Origin: Minisyncoccia bacterium
GTDB taxonomy: Bacteria; Patescibacteriota; Minisyncoccia; Phycocordibacterales; Phycocordibacteraceae
Assembly: GCA_038207395.1 (NCBI GenBank)
Contig: JBBQZW010000002.1
Coordinates: 309 to 64,308 of the forward strand
DNA: 64,000 nucleotides
Direction of reading: 5' to 3'
This document shows, piece by piece, positions 48,140 through 57,142 of this stretch (positions are counted from its first letter, which is position 1; each line of letters begins with the position of its first letter). The notes below the pieces were generated by a model that was not told the DNA's origin, made no database searches, and saw only the letters and a program-made list of their open reading frames with translations. The position numbers and the translations under genes are program-made.

Positions 48140-48239
48140 GGAGAAATGATATGCGAAGGAAGTTTAGAGAGCAATCACCCCACACGGTATCGCACTTTTT
48201 ATGAGGCCTCACGGTCGTTATTAAGGCCGCTGACTGCTG

Positions 48240-48311
48240 TGCCCTCACCTGGAATCGAACCAAGATCAAGAGCTTAGAAGTCTCCTGCTCTATCCATTGA
48301 GCTATGAGGGC
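48240..48311 (-). tRNA. tRNA-Arg(TCT)
   Basis: gccctca/tgagggc acceptor; ctTCTaa loop (one anticodon-stem mismatch). Confidence 0.88.
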
Positions 48312-48341
48312 AGTTAAGGCGAACGAGTACAGCGTAGCGCG

Positions 48342-48635
48342 TTACAGCGAAGGGTCAACAAAGCGATACTCGCTTGTGTATCTTGCGCGCTCCGCTGCAC
48401 GCTGTTCGAAGAGTGCCTTAACAGTATCCAACTGAATTTGAGGGGCGGGTGCTGGAGGAGGTCCGCCGATTGTTTGTCCCTTTGTTATTTGCTCGAAAAG
48501 CCATAAATTCCAGGCAATACTTACACCGAGCGCAACACTAAACAGTACAAGAAGTACGTACCAGTCCCGCGCAGGACGTAGTCGTGCGCCATATTTGAAA
48601 AAGTTTAGTAGTGAACGTATGCGGAAAGACTTCAT
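48342..48635 (-). CDS. Small TM protein of the pilMNO cluster
   Basis: ATGA overlap with the upstream gene; TM; C-terminal 'FVDPS'. Confidence 0.65.
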   Translation of the reverse strand: MKSFRIRSLLNFFKYGARLRPARDWYVLLVLFSVALGVSIAWNLWLFEQITKGQTIGGPPPAPAPQIQLDTVKALFEQRAAERARYTSEYRFVDPSL

Positions 48636-49180
48636 GGTTTTGTGGTGGTTGCTGTTGCATCAAGCGTACCAATGCGCACATTTGCGGAAGCGGTCCATAC
48701 GGGCGCAGCCTTTGGCTGCGCCCCCGTCGTATCAAGCGTCACACTCGTAATAACCGTATCATGCGCCTCGTACTCTATCGCGCCTAGCATTCGCTCTACT
48801 CCATCAAAAGGTCCTGTAATACGCAGTGCAAGTACGAGAACCGCATGAGGTTTTGCAGGTTCCGCAGAAACGGAAACAACATCTACTTTTGTTCCATATA
48901 TAGCGCCTGATGATTGGAGTGATTCCAGAAATGAGACTACCTCACGCGTATCGACAAAATATTCTTTTATCGAAACCTCGTCCGCAAGTGCATGCTCAAG
49001 TTCTGTTTTTGATTGTTTTGTTCGAATCGTACTTACATATTTTGCCTGTATTTCCGAGCCAAGTGATACCGCTTGTGCAGACTTTTTTCCAACATGCGTG
49101 TACCACGCACCGTACGCCGAAGCTACGATGACGAGTACTATAATCGATACAAACACGTGGGAATAATATTTTAATTTCAT
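48632..49180 (-). CDS. PilO-like type IV pilus assembly protein
   Basis: N-terminal TM, coiled coil, ferredoxin-like 'ITGPF..V..ML..IE'; position after PilN-like gene. Confidence 0.6.
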   Translation of the reverse strand: MKLKYYSHVFVSIIVLVIVASAYGAWYTHVGKKSAQAVSLGSEIQAKYVSTIRTKQSKTELEHALADEVSIKEYFVDTREVVSFLESLQSSGAIYGTKVDVVSVSAEPAKPHAVLVLALRITGPFDGVERMLGAIEYEAHDTVITSVTLDTTGAQPKAAPVWTASANVRIGTLDATATTTKP

Positions 49181-49743
49181 GGTACGAGTGATCCGGTGAG
49201 CGTTATCGTGAACGGAATTGCGCTATCTTTCGCGTACGCGCTGATAGGAAGATCTGCATTGGTAACATACGGAAGCTGTCCAAGTGCTTGTACATACCCA
49301 CGAAGCTGATCACGGGTTGATGCAGTTCCTGTTACGGCAATCTGAGCGAGATTAGTGCTCGCACTTGGTGCACTGTACGTAAAGCCTGAGATACGAATGC
49401 CCGGATGAGGAACTTGAAGTATGGCGCGAATGGCCCCTGAGGCCGTTGGAAGCGTACCGAGACGACCCAAATATTCAATATCATCTTTTACTGAAGCGAT
49501 ATGAGATTGGATTGAGTGTTCCTGATCCGTACTGTTTGAAGAAGAGATCCGATCAAGTTCTGCTTGTTCACGGCGAATCTCAGCACTTGCGTACAAATAA
49601 GAAGGTATAAGAAGTACACCATGGGCAATCAGTACAATACTGATGAGCGCAATAGTAACGTTAGTGAGTCGTATGAAATATCCTCGTCGCATAACGCGTA
49701 CTCCGGACCGTGGAAGAAGATTGGTGAGTTCAGGGTATTTCAT
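49177..49743 (-). CDS. PilN-like type IV pilus assembly protein
   Basis: 'TNLLP' motif; 'GTASTR..L..YV..L'. Confidence 0.7.
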   Translation of the reverse strand: MKYPELTNLLPRSGVRVMRRGYFIRLTNVTIALISIVLIAHGVLLIPSYLYASAEIRREQAELDRISSSNSTDQEHSIQSHIASVKDDIEYLGRLGTLPTASGAIRAILQVPHPGIRISGFTYSAPSASTNLAQIAVTGTASTRDQLRGYVQALGQLPYVTNADLPISAYAKDSAIPFTITLTGSLVP

Positions 49744-49745
49744 AC

Positions 49746-50849
49746 TTACGGTACGTATTCACGAAGAGACAGTCCTATGGCAGTGCCATAGGCCAATGAT
49801 TCCGTGTAATCCAAAGGAGGGAGCCATTCCCCTCGCGGTGCGAAGTTACGAAATACATCACCGAGTTCGACAGGAATTTTAAGCGCAGCACCCAAATATT
49901 CAGGCAGTCCACGAAGTGTTGCATTACCTCCCACTAAGACAGCGCGCGTTACGGGTGAATGCACTGCAAGTGTGCCTGCACGCGTTTGCCAGTAATCGAG
50001 ACGTCGCACGATTTCATCACGAATCACGGAAACCGTTGAGAGCATGGCCGTGAGATACTCTTCGCCTCCCTCCCCTACCACCAAACCTTTCTCTGCTTTT
50101 ACCCGCTTTGCTTCTTCTTCTGTTACCCCAAAGTGTTTTTGTACAGCAAGCGTAAGTGCGTGCCCTCCCACATCAAGAGTCGTGGTGAAACGTGGAATGC
50201 GTGAAGAAACAATAAGCAGTTTTGTGGTGGTCTTACCAATATCAATAATGAGAACCGTATCCATATCACCGTGAGGCAAAAGCGCGCGAGGAAGCGCAAA
50301 TACTTCGCTTTCGATAGCGCGTACTGTAATTCCTGCGTCTGCAAAATTCTCAAGTGTCGTATCTATAACGCGGCGTGCGTAACCAATACCGACGACATGC
50401 ATGCCATTACCCTGTTCTTTGAGGGGGACTATGTCATACGCAACCTCCTGCGCAGGGAGTGGTACGTACTCATCAAGGTGCTCTTCTACGGCAATACGCC
50501 ATTCCTGCGGTGTTCGCCCTGGCACAGTAGCTTCAAATAAATACCCGCGTGATTCAGGCAGTGTGATGTTCGCGTATTGCACCCGATGCTCTTTTGCAAT
50601 CGATTTAAGCGTCTTCACAATACCTGCTCGGTCAGCAACTTCACTGTTTTGAACAATACCTGGCGCGAGCCGCTCTTCGGCATAGCTAGAGAGTTCAAGA
50701 CCTGAGAGAGTTTCTTTAAGAGTCACGACTTTGATACCGCTTGCAGATACATCGATGCCTGCCGTCGGAAGCGAGAGATATTCAGGGGGCGCAAATTCTA
50801 GCTTTGCAATGCGGGAGAAAGTACCAAACATGCGAAAAGTATAACGCAC
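49746..50849 (-). CDS. pilM: Type IV pilus assembly protein PilM
   Basis: 'GIDVS...IK', 'IIDIG..TT', 'LVGG.A.LRGL', 'AIGLSLR'. Confidence 0.88.
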   Translation of the reverse strand: MRYTFRMFGTFSRIAKLEFAPPEYLSLPTAGIDVSASGIKVVTLKETLSGLELSSYAEERLAPGIVQNSEVADRAGIVKTLKSIAKEHRVQYANITLPESRGYLFEATVPGRTPQEWRIAVEEHLDEYVPLPAQEVAYDIVPLKEQGNGMHVVGIGYARRVIDTTLENFADAGITVRAIESEVFALPRALLPHGDMDTVLIIDIGKTTTKLLIVSSRIPRFTTTLDVGGHALTLAVQKHFGVTEEEAKRVKAEKGLVVGEGGEEYLTAMLSTVSVIRDEIVRRLDYWQTRAGTLAVHSPVTRAVLVGGNATLRGLPEYLGAALKIPVELGDVFRNFAPRGEWLPPLDYTESLAYGTAIGLSLREYVP

Positions 50850-50867
50850 TGCATCCAGATGAAGATA

Positions 50868-51635
50868 TTAATGTGCACCGGTTCCAGGCGGCACGATGCG
50901 GTCTGGAGTCACAAAGGCGAAGGTGTCACCTTCGCCCACGGCAAATAACATGCCGTTGCTTTCAAGTCCTTTAATCTTTCGAGGCGCTAGGTTTGTTACA
51001 AAGCACAGCTGACGTCCCACAAGCGCTTCAGGCTCTGTGTATGCGGCGATACCTGACACAATCTGCCGAGGTGAGGTTTCCCCAAGATCAACCATGAGTC
51101 GAAGTAGCTTGTCAGTTTCAGGAACACGTTCTGCAGAAAGTACCGTTCCTACCTTTACATCCACTTTTGCAAAATCGTCTATCGTAATATGCGTAGGAGT
51201 AGGAGGCTCTTCGAGCGGAGGGGCGAGGACTATCGCAGGCATGGAAATGCGTTCAAGGTAGCTGGTTAAGATAAGCGCTGCGGCGGATGCATCAACGTCA
51301 GGAGATCCTTCCATTCGTGAACCATCAGGAAAACGTCGTGCAGCCTGAGTGGTAAACATCTCTGACTCAAAATGTATCTCAATACCCGTGCGTGCGTGCA
51401 AGTCCTCAGCAAAGGTCCTTGCTTCCACCGCAACAGCATTCTCTCCACCTGCAAAGTTTGTTGATTCACCAAACACTGCAGCTTTCACTCCTTTTTCTGT
51501 AATCAAGAGCGCTAGTTCGTCGAGGAGACGAGAGTCCGTAGGCTTTACGCCGTACGGGAAACCCATCTTCCCTGCATCGTCAGAAAATGCGATACCCGTT
51601 TTTTTCGTGCCGTAATCAATTCCCAAATATTTCAT
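50868..51635 (-). CDS. YqgF/RuvX nuclease fused to tRNA-binding OB domain (Trbp111/MetRS C-terminal type)
   Basis: 'LGIDYGTKKTGIA...D...AALIL..YL' + 'ITIDDFAKVD.KVG...DKLL...RQIVSGIA...NLAPRK..G.ES.GM'. Confidence 0.88.
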   Translation of the reverse strand: MKYLGIDYGTKKTGIAFSDDAGKMGFPYGVKPTDSRLLDELALLITEKGVKAAVFGESTNFAGGENAVAVEARTFAEDLHARTGIEIHFESEMFTTQAARRFPDGSRMEGSPDVDASAAALILTSYLERISMPAIVLAPPLEEPPTPTHITIDDFAKVDVKVGTVLSAERVPETDKLLRLMVDLGETSPRQIVSGIAAYTEPEALVGRQLCFVTNLAPRKIKGLESNGMLFAVGEGDTFAFVTPDRIVPPGTGAH

Positions 51636-51720
51636 ATCGTAATACTACCGCATTTCTCTTTTACACTCTCATACCTCCCCGAAGATACTTCCCCTGAATG
51701 CTTATGGTATCGTTGTGGTC

Positions 51721-52032
51721 ATGGATACTTTTATGTCATTAGCGCACCCGCTCATGGGAGCTTTGGGCCTTGGGAATATCACCATGCTCTTTATTGTGCT
51801 CGCCGTATGGAGCCTCATTTGGAAAGGCGTGGCACTTTGGTTTGCTGCACGTAATTACCAAAAGAACTGGTTCATTGCGATTCTTATCCTTAACACGTTT
51901 GGAATACTGGATATAATCTATCTCATTGGATTCCGCCGTGACAAGCAGGAAGGGGTAACCAAATCTCTTTTCAACAATCCACTTCCAAGTATTGAAGAGG
52001 CTGCGGAAGCCCATTCAAACCCAGCACCGTAG
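51721..52032 (+). CDS. Small membrane protein (DUF5652-like)
   Basis: 'WSLIWKG.ALW.AAR..QK.WFI.ILILNT.GIL.IIY'. Confidence 0.7.
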   Translation: MDTFMSLAHPLMGALGLGNITMLFIVLAVWSLIWKGVALWFAARNYQKNWFIAILILNTFGILDIIYLIGFRRDKQEGVTKSLFNNPLPSIEEAAEAHSNPAP

Positions 52033-52089
52033 GGGTGGTTTGGTTCCCCCTGGAAAAAAGCTGGATTGGTAGTACACTAGGCGACTGAG

Positions 52090-52174
52090 GGAGGAGTGGC
52101 AGAGTGGTCGATCGCACCGCACTTGAAATGCGGCGTGCCGAAAGGTACCGTGAGTTCGAATCTCACCTCCTCCG
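52090..52174 (+). tRNA. tRNA-Ser(TGA)
   Basis: ccgca-ctTGAaa-tgcgg; long variable arm. Confidence 0.95.
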
Positions 52175-52272
52175 CTAATCATAAAGAATACGCCTGACGA
52201 ATACTCGTCAGGCGTATTCTTTATTCAGTGCGGTAAGAAATAAGTCCTCATACGCGATGCTATTATTACGCC

Positions 52273-52746
52273 ATGCCTCGTGATCCTTTATTTGTATGGG
52301 AAGGAAAAGAATATGCCTTTGAAGAGCATGGTGCTGATTGGTACTGGGCGCTCGGAATTATTACTATCGCCGCAGTACTAACCGCAATTCTTTTCAGTAA
52401 CATCTTACTTGCACTCGTTATCGTAGCAGGAGCGTTAACTATTGGTCTTCAAGCGGCAAAGCACAAAAAGACGCATCGGTTTAGCGTGTATGACACTGGC
52501 GTAGCTATTGATGACAACATGTATTTCTACGCAGATATGCGTGACTTCGCAATACTCGAATATATTGACCCCACCCTTCCCCCAGCACTTTCAATAAAGA
52601 CGAATCACATTCTTGCACCGCATCTTCTTATTCCCATCCATGACTATGAACCAGAAGACGTGTATGAATACATTTCAAATCATTTGCCTGAGGGTATGCA
52701 TGAAGAAAATCCTCTAGATCGAGTGACCTCGTTTCTTCGTCTGTAA
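52273..52746 (+). CDS. Conserved 2-TM hypothetical protein
   Basis: 'W...EY......DWYW' + two TMs + soluble domain. Confidence 0.7.
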   Translation: MPRDPLFVWEGKEYAFEEHGADWYWALGIITIAAVLTAILFSNILLALVIVAGALTIGLQAAKHKKTHRFSVYDTGVAIDDNMYFYADMRDFAILEYIDPTLPPALSIKTNHILAPHLLIPIHDYEPEDVYEYISNHLPEGMHEENPLDRVTSFLRL

Positions 52747-52786
52747 TCTTGCGTTTGAGCCTTAAGAACGGTACAGTCATTTCCAC

Positions 52787-52861
52787 GCTCCCGTCGTTCA
52801 ATGGATAGGACATATCCTTGCGGTGGATACAATGTAGGTTCGATTCCTGCCGGGAGCACCA
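52787..52861 (+). tRNA. tRNA-Arg(GCG)
   Basis: tatcc-ttGCGgt-ggata; CCA encoded. Confidence 0.92.
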
Positions 52862-52930
52862 ATTGTTTGATAGTGCTATACACGTGCGGTACAGTGCCAG
52901 TGGTACTGTTCACTGAGAAAAGGATTCAGC

Positions 52931-53209
52931 ATGGTTATTGTTCTTACCGAAGAGCAAGCGACTGAACTCGTAGAAGAAAACTACCTTCGATGCGTCGTGG
53001 GGGATATTGTTGAGCTTATCTCACTGATTCATGCGTTAGGATCTAAAGAGTGCAGGCTTGCTATCGTCACCAACAAAAAAATTGAGAACGGAATACTTGA
53101 GGTACTTCCCCTCACTCATTCCACCATCATAAATATTCTTACAGGAGAACCATTGCAACAACCAATTACTATCGGAAAAGAAATGATTGCGAATCTGCAT
53201 TCGACATAA
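52931..53209 (+). CDS. Hypothetical protein
   Basis: 92-aa ORF with AAGGA SD and downstream terminator (~53213-53243). Confidence 0.55.
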   Translation: MVIVLTEEQATELVEENYLRCVVGDIVELISLIHALGSKECRLAIVTNKKIENGILEVLPLTHSTIINILTGEPLQQPITIGKEMIANLHST

Positions 53210-53258
53210 CAGAAAAAGACCCCGTCTTGCGACGGGGTCTTTTAACGAACCGTACTCT

Positions 53259-53528
53259 TTACGCTTTTACTGTTCCGCGTTTTACTGCAGCGGCGAGACG
53301 AGATTTCTTGCGAGACGCAGTGTTCTTCTTGATAATGCCGGTCTTTGCAGCCTTGTCTATTGCCTTGTATGCCTTTGAAAGTGACTCACGTGCCTCCTTT
53401 ACGTCGGTCACGATAAGTTTCTTCACTGACTTTGTGGCGTCTGCAAGAACACGCTTACGACGCACATTAAATACGTGCTTTTTAAGGGATGCGCGGTGCG
53501 CTTTTTTTGCTGAGCTAGTGATTGCCAT
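53259..53528 (-). CDS. rpsT: 30S ribosomal protein bS20
   Basis: 'MAITSSAKKA', 'AIDKAAK.GIIKKNTASRKKSRL'. Confidence 0.96.
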   Translation of the reverse strand: MAITSSAKKAHRASLKKHVFNVRRKRVLADATKSVKKLIVTDVKEARESLSKAYKAIDKAAKTGIIKKNTASRKKSRLAAAVKRGTVKA

Positions 53529-53595
53529 GTGAACGCATACTACGACAGAGAGCGAGTTCCTGCAAGGCCAGCGCCCACCTGGTACTATACAAACA

Positions 53596-54147
53596 ATGGT
53601 ACGGCAGATACGCGGAGAGGTGTTGGCAGTAGAATTGAACGGCTGCGTCGTGGACGTTTCAGGTTGGGGGGTCTTTGTGTACCTTGCCCACCCTTCATCT
53701 GTTTCTCTTGGAGAAGTGGTTACTCTCATAACTCACATGGCGGTAAAGCAGGATGGGATTGAGTTATATGGCTTTTTAACGCCTCGTGACCGAACCTTCT
53801 TCGAGCAACTCTTAACCGTTTCTGGAGTGGGGCCAAAGACGGCGCTTTCCATAACAACAAAAGCTCCTCGAGAATCCCTTGAGAATGCGATTGCGACGCG
53901 AGACATTTCATACCTAACTCGTGTTGCAGGACTCGGTAAGAAAGCGGCGGAGAAGCTCGCTGTTGAACTTTCAGAAAAAATCATTCCATCCGGAGAAAGC
54001 ACCCAAGGCACCACCGACTCAGAAGTTATCGACACACTCATTGCGCTCGGGTACACCGAACGTGAAGCACGCGCTGCGCTAGCTCGCGTTCCTCTAAGTG
54101 TAGCTGGTCGCGATGCTCGCCTTAAGGCAGCACTCTCTAATGGATAA
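53596..54147 (+). CDS. ruvA: Holliday junction DNA-binding protein RuvA
   Basis: 'LYGF', 'VSGVGPKTA', 'GLGKK.AE...EL', 'L.ALGY'. Confidence 0.93.
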   Translation: MVRQIRGEVLAVELNGCVVDVSGWGVFVYLAHPSSVSLGEVVTLITHMAVKQDGIELYGFLTPRDRTFFEQLLTVSGVGPKTALSITTKAPRESLENAIATRDISYLTRVAGLGKKAAEKLAVELSEKIIPSGESTQGTTDSEVIDTLIALGYTEREARAALARVPLSVAGRDARLKAALSNG

Positions 54148-54151
54148 CGGT

Positions 54152-55426
54152 ATGTACACCCTGATCAATTTTTTCGTACGCATACTAAAGAAGATTCTTC
54201 CGCGTGCGCTCATTCGCCCGCTTCTTCCCCTGTATCACCGAGTTCTTTCATTTCTACTTGCCCTATCCTACGGCTTCCCTGCCCGTTCCATGATTGTGAT
54301 TGGTGTCACTGGAACGAAAGGAAAATCATCGGTTTCTGACATGTTGTTCACCGTGCTTCGCTATGCAGAGTATCCAGCTGCAGTTGCCGGTACCATTCGT
54401 TTTGCGATTAATGAAGAGTCTGAACCTAATCTATATAAGATGACAATGCCGGGGCGCGGTTTCATCCATGCATTTTTAGCAAAAGCAAAAAAAGCAGGCG
54501 CGAAATATGCGGTGGTCGAAGTCACGAGCGAGAGTGTTCTGCAGTCTCGTCATAAGCATCTATTTCTCAACGGCCTAATATTCACCAATCTTCATAAGGA
54601 ACATATTGAGTCTCATGGCTCTTTTGAAAACTATGCTGCGGCAAAGTTACAAATTGGAAAAGAGCTCGAGCGTTCACCAAAGCGACCGCGCGTTATGATT
54701 GCAAACGCCGATAACCCGCACAGTGCTCCCTATATGAAGCTCGGGGTAGAGCATCAGATGCCTTTTTCATATGCAGAGGCCGAGGACGTAGTCCTCGGCC
54801 CGGGCAAAGCATCCTTTACGTACCAAGGCACTAATTTTTCAATACAGCTCCCGGGAAGTTTCAGTGTTATGAACTCGCTCGCCGTCATCAAAGCTGCGCA
54901 GTTTCTTGAAGTTCCTCTCCAAACTATTTCTGATGCTCTCGCTTCTCTTTCCCGCATTCCTGGACGAACAGAGCGTATAGATGAAGGACAAGTCTTTGAA
55001 GCAATTGTTGACTACGCACACACGCCTGATTCCCTGACCGCACTCTATGCTGCGTACCCGGTACGAAAAATCTGCGTGCTTGGAAACACAGGTGGGGGGC
55101 GCGATACCTGGAAACGTCCTGAGATGGGACGTATCGCAGACGAATCATGCGCTGAAGTTATTCTCACCAACGAGGATCCGTATGATGAAAATCCCGAGGC
55201 TATCGTAAACGCTATGGCCGCAGGCATGAAGCGAACTCCACGCATTATTATGGATCGTCGTGAGGCCATTCGCACTGCACTTTCACTCGCCCAACCCGGA
55301 GATGCCGTACTGATTACCGGCAAAGGAACGGACCCCTACATAATGCAGACTAATGGCACGAAGCTTCCGTGGAGTGACGCAAGGGTTGTGTCTGAAGAAC
55401 TTACAATACTTCGTTCTACCCTCTAA
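54152..55426 (+). CDS. murE: MurE-type Mur ligase
   Basis: 'GVTGTKGKSS', 'VDYAHTPD', 'NEDP..E', 'DRREAI..A...A..GD.VLITGKG'. Confidence 0.85.
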   Translation: MYTLINFFVRILKKILPRALIRPLLPLYHRVLSFLLALSYGFPARSMIVIGVTGTKGKSSVSDMLFTVLRYAEYPAAVAGTIRFAINEESEPNLYKMTMPGRGFIHAFLAKAKKAGAKYAVVEVTSESVLQSRHKHLFLNGLIFTNLHKEHIESHGSFENYAAAKLQIGKELERSPKRPRVMIANADNPHSAPYMKLGVEHQMPFSYAEAEDVVLGPGKASFTYQGTNFSIQLPGSFSVMNSLAVIKAAQFLEVPLQTISDALASLSRIPGRTERIDEGQVFEAIVDYAHTPDSLTALYAAYPVRKICVLGNTGGGRDTWKRPEMGRIADESCAEVILTNEDPYDENPEAIVNAMAAGMKRTPRIIMDRREAIRTALSLAQPGDAVLITGKGTDPYIMQTNGTKLPWSDARVVSEELTILRSTL

Positions 55427-55453
55427 TGCCCAGGAGTTTGCTATTATTCCCCT

Positions 55454-56083
55454 ATGAATGATGCCTTCTTTTACCTGGGAGTACTTATCTTCTTTTTCAT
55501 TCTCTGGGTTTATTCAGGGGGACCCACTCACCCACTATCATTTGCTGGTCCGTATATTACTCCGATCACTGACGTAGGTGTCGAACAAGTCGGCTATGGC
55601 GACTCTCTTAGCAGTACGACACGTGCCTATTTTGGAACGTACTCGGGCATTGGTACAGGCACAAGATCAAGCGGCACGAGCGCCCTACCTCGCGACGTAC
55701 TTTCACCTCGTAACGGTACGGTGAGTTTCGACTCACTAAATCCGCAAGGTTCCTCAGCATCAACCGAATATATTGGTGTTAGGAACAATGGAAACGTTGA
55801 GGTAGATGTCACGGACTGGCAGATTGTTGATGCGGGAAACGGTAACAGTATTCGTATACCTTTTGGGTCACGAAATCAAAATGTGTCACCTCAACGAGTC
55901 GTACTCTCTTCAGGACAAAGCGTGGTTATAGCAACAGGTTCGCGAGAAAACTCAAACAGTACTTCATACTACGGTAACTGGAATTCGTATCTTAATCTGA
56001 GTCGCGATATCTGGAATGATCGTAATGACACCCTTACCCTTCTTGATAAAAATGGAAAGGTAGTAGACCAATACCGGTATTAA
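55454..56083 (+). CDS. Membrane-anchored lamin-tail-domain protein
   Basis: 'EYI.VRN.G...VDVTDW.I.D', 'IWND..DTLTL.D..GKVVD'. Confidence 0.75.
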   Translation: MNDAFFYLGVLIFFFILWVYSGGPTHPLSFAGPYITPITDVGVEQVGYGDSLSSTTRAYFGTYSGIGTGTRSSGTSALPRDVLSPRNGTVSFDSLNPQGSSASTEYIGVRNNGNVEVDVTDWQIVDAGNGNSIRIPFGSRNQNVSPQRVVLSSGQSVVIATGSRENSNSTSYYGNWNSYLNLSRDIWNDRNDTLTLLDKNGKVVDQYRY

Positions 56084-56109
56084 AGGTATAAAAACAAGGT
56101 TAGTTTCAT

Positions 56110-56182
56110 GCGCCTATAGCTCAGTCGGTAGAGCAGCTCCCTTTTAAGGAGACGGTCCCTGGTTCGAGCCCAGGTAGGCGCA
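56110..56182 (+). tRNA. tRNA-Lys(TTT)
   Basis: ctcc-ctTTTaa-ggag; gcgccta/taggcgc acceptor. Confidence 0.93.
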
Positions 56183-56197
56183 CCCAATACTCACTAC

Positions 56198-56845
56198 TTA
56201 TAGTGAAAGCGCAAAGCGCTCGAGCGCCCTATCGAGCGAAAGATCGCGGCCTCGTGAATCGGAAAGGAGAAGAATGAGATTTCGCGAAAGCATTCGCGCT
56301 TCTTTCGCTGTCCACGCGCTACTGCCCTTCTGCATAAGGTCGCGTGCTTTCCAGTGCAAGAGACCGTGCACCATTTCAGGGGCATCTCCGAGACGATACG
56401 CCTTTTGCAGTTCTTTCCAAAGAGCAGGTCCGTTGCGAGAAGCTAATGCGTTAACCAATGCGGAATTGAATCCACGCGCCGGCTTTGCCGGCGCGTCAAC
56501 TTTAAATACTTTCTCGGCTTTTGCTTCTATGTTCTTTACGCGTGCCGCCAAAAGTTTTGGGGCAAGGATTGCCACAATATTTTGTGATGAAGAAAGTTCA
56601 GTTAGAAAACCTAGAACCGCTTCAGCGCTTTCAGGGGTTGAAAAAGGATCATCGAGAACAACTAAGGTTTTTGAAAAAAATAATCCTTGCGCACTCACTG
56701 CCTCGCGGAGTGATGCTTCAGAAATAGCGTCAGCAGAGAGTCTGCTATAAAAAGCATCGGGAGCTTTGGCGCGCGCAGCGGTTACCCACTGAAAAGCCTT
56801 AGCACGCACCTTATTTGCATCTGAGCCATGAAAAAGATATATCAC
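56198..56845 (-). CDS. Short DNA polymerase III delta (HolA)-like protein
   Basis: 'MIYLFHGSD', 'GLF..K.LVVL', C-terminal 'LERF.L.L'. Confidence 0.65.
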   Translation of the reverse strand: MIYLFHGSDANKVRAKAFQWVTAARAKAPDAFYSRLSADAISEASLREAVSAQGLFFSKTLVVLDDPFSTPESAEAVLGFLTELSSSQNIVAILAPKLLAARVKNIEAKAEKVFKVDAPAKPARGFNSALVNALASRNGPALWKELQKAYRLGDAPEMVHGLLHWKARDLMQKGSSAWTAKEARMLSRNLILLLSDSRGRDLSLDRALERFALSL

Positions 56846-56926
56846 GTTCTTATTCTATACCTGAGAATACAAAAAGGCGCCCTGCAAGCAGAGCGCCCAT
56901 TTCTTAGCATTCTCGGTGCTGCGCAA

Positions 56927-57106
56927 TTACCGCCAGTACATGAAGCAGATAATTGGAGTCCAGACCGCTATGATGCCAATAGCTATCAAAATTGATACAC
57001 CGAGCGATCCAGAGTGTTCACTCTCTTGCACAGACTCATCATAGAGCTTTTGCACCTCTGCAGGCATATCCTCCCTATTTACGGGACGTATATGGGTTGT
57101 TGCCAT
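56927..57106 (-). CDS. 59-aa small protein with C-terminal TM helix (below ORF-track cutoff)
   Basis: AAGGAG SD, ATG 57106; MATTHIRPVNREDMPAEVQKLYDESVQESEHSGSLGVSILIAIGIIAVWTPIICFMYWR*. Confidence 0.6.
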   Translation of the reverse strand: MATTHIRPVNREDMPAEVQKLYDESVQESEHSGSLGVSILIAIGIIAVWTPIICFMYWR

Positions 57107-57142
57107 TTCTACTCTCCTTTCCCAGAAATACTATATACCTTC

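Larger units (their letters stand above)
43259..48196. mobile_element. Large serine recombinase island bounded by a 17-bp direct repeat
   Basis: ccacacggtatcgcact at 43259-43275 and 48180-48196; encloses ABC transporter, HExxH protein, LSR and a small acidic gene. Confidence 0.7.

Noticed and set aside
42916-48311. Classical tRNA-targeted integration with a duplicated tRNA 3' end
   Set aside because: No duplicated tRNA-Val or tRNA-Arg fragment was seen at the opposite boundary.
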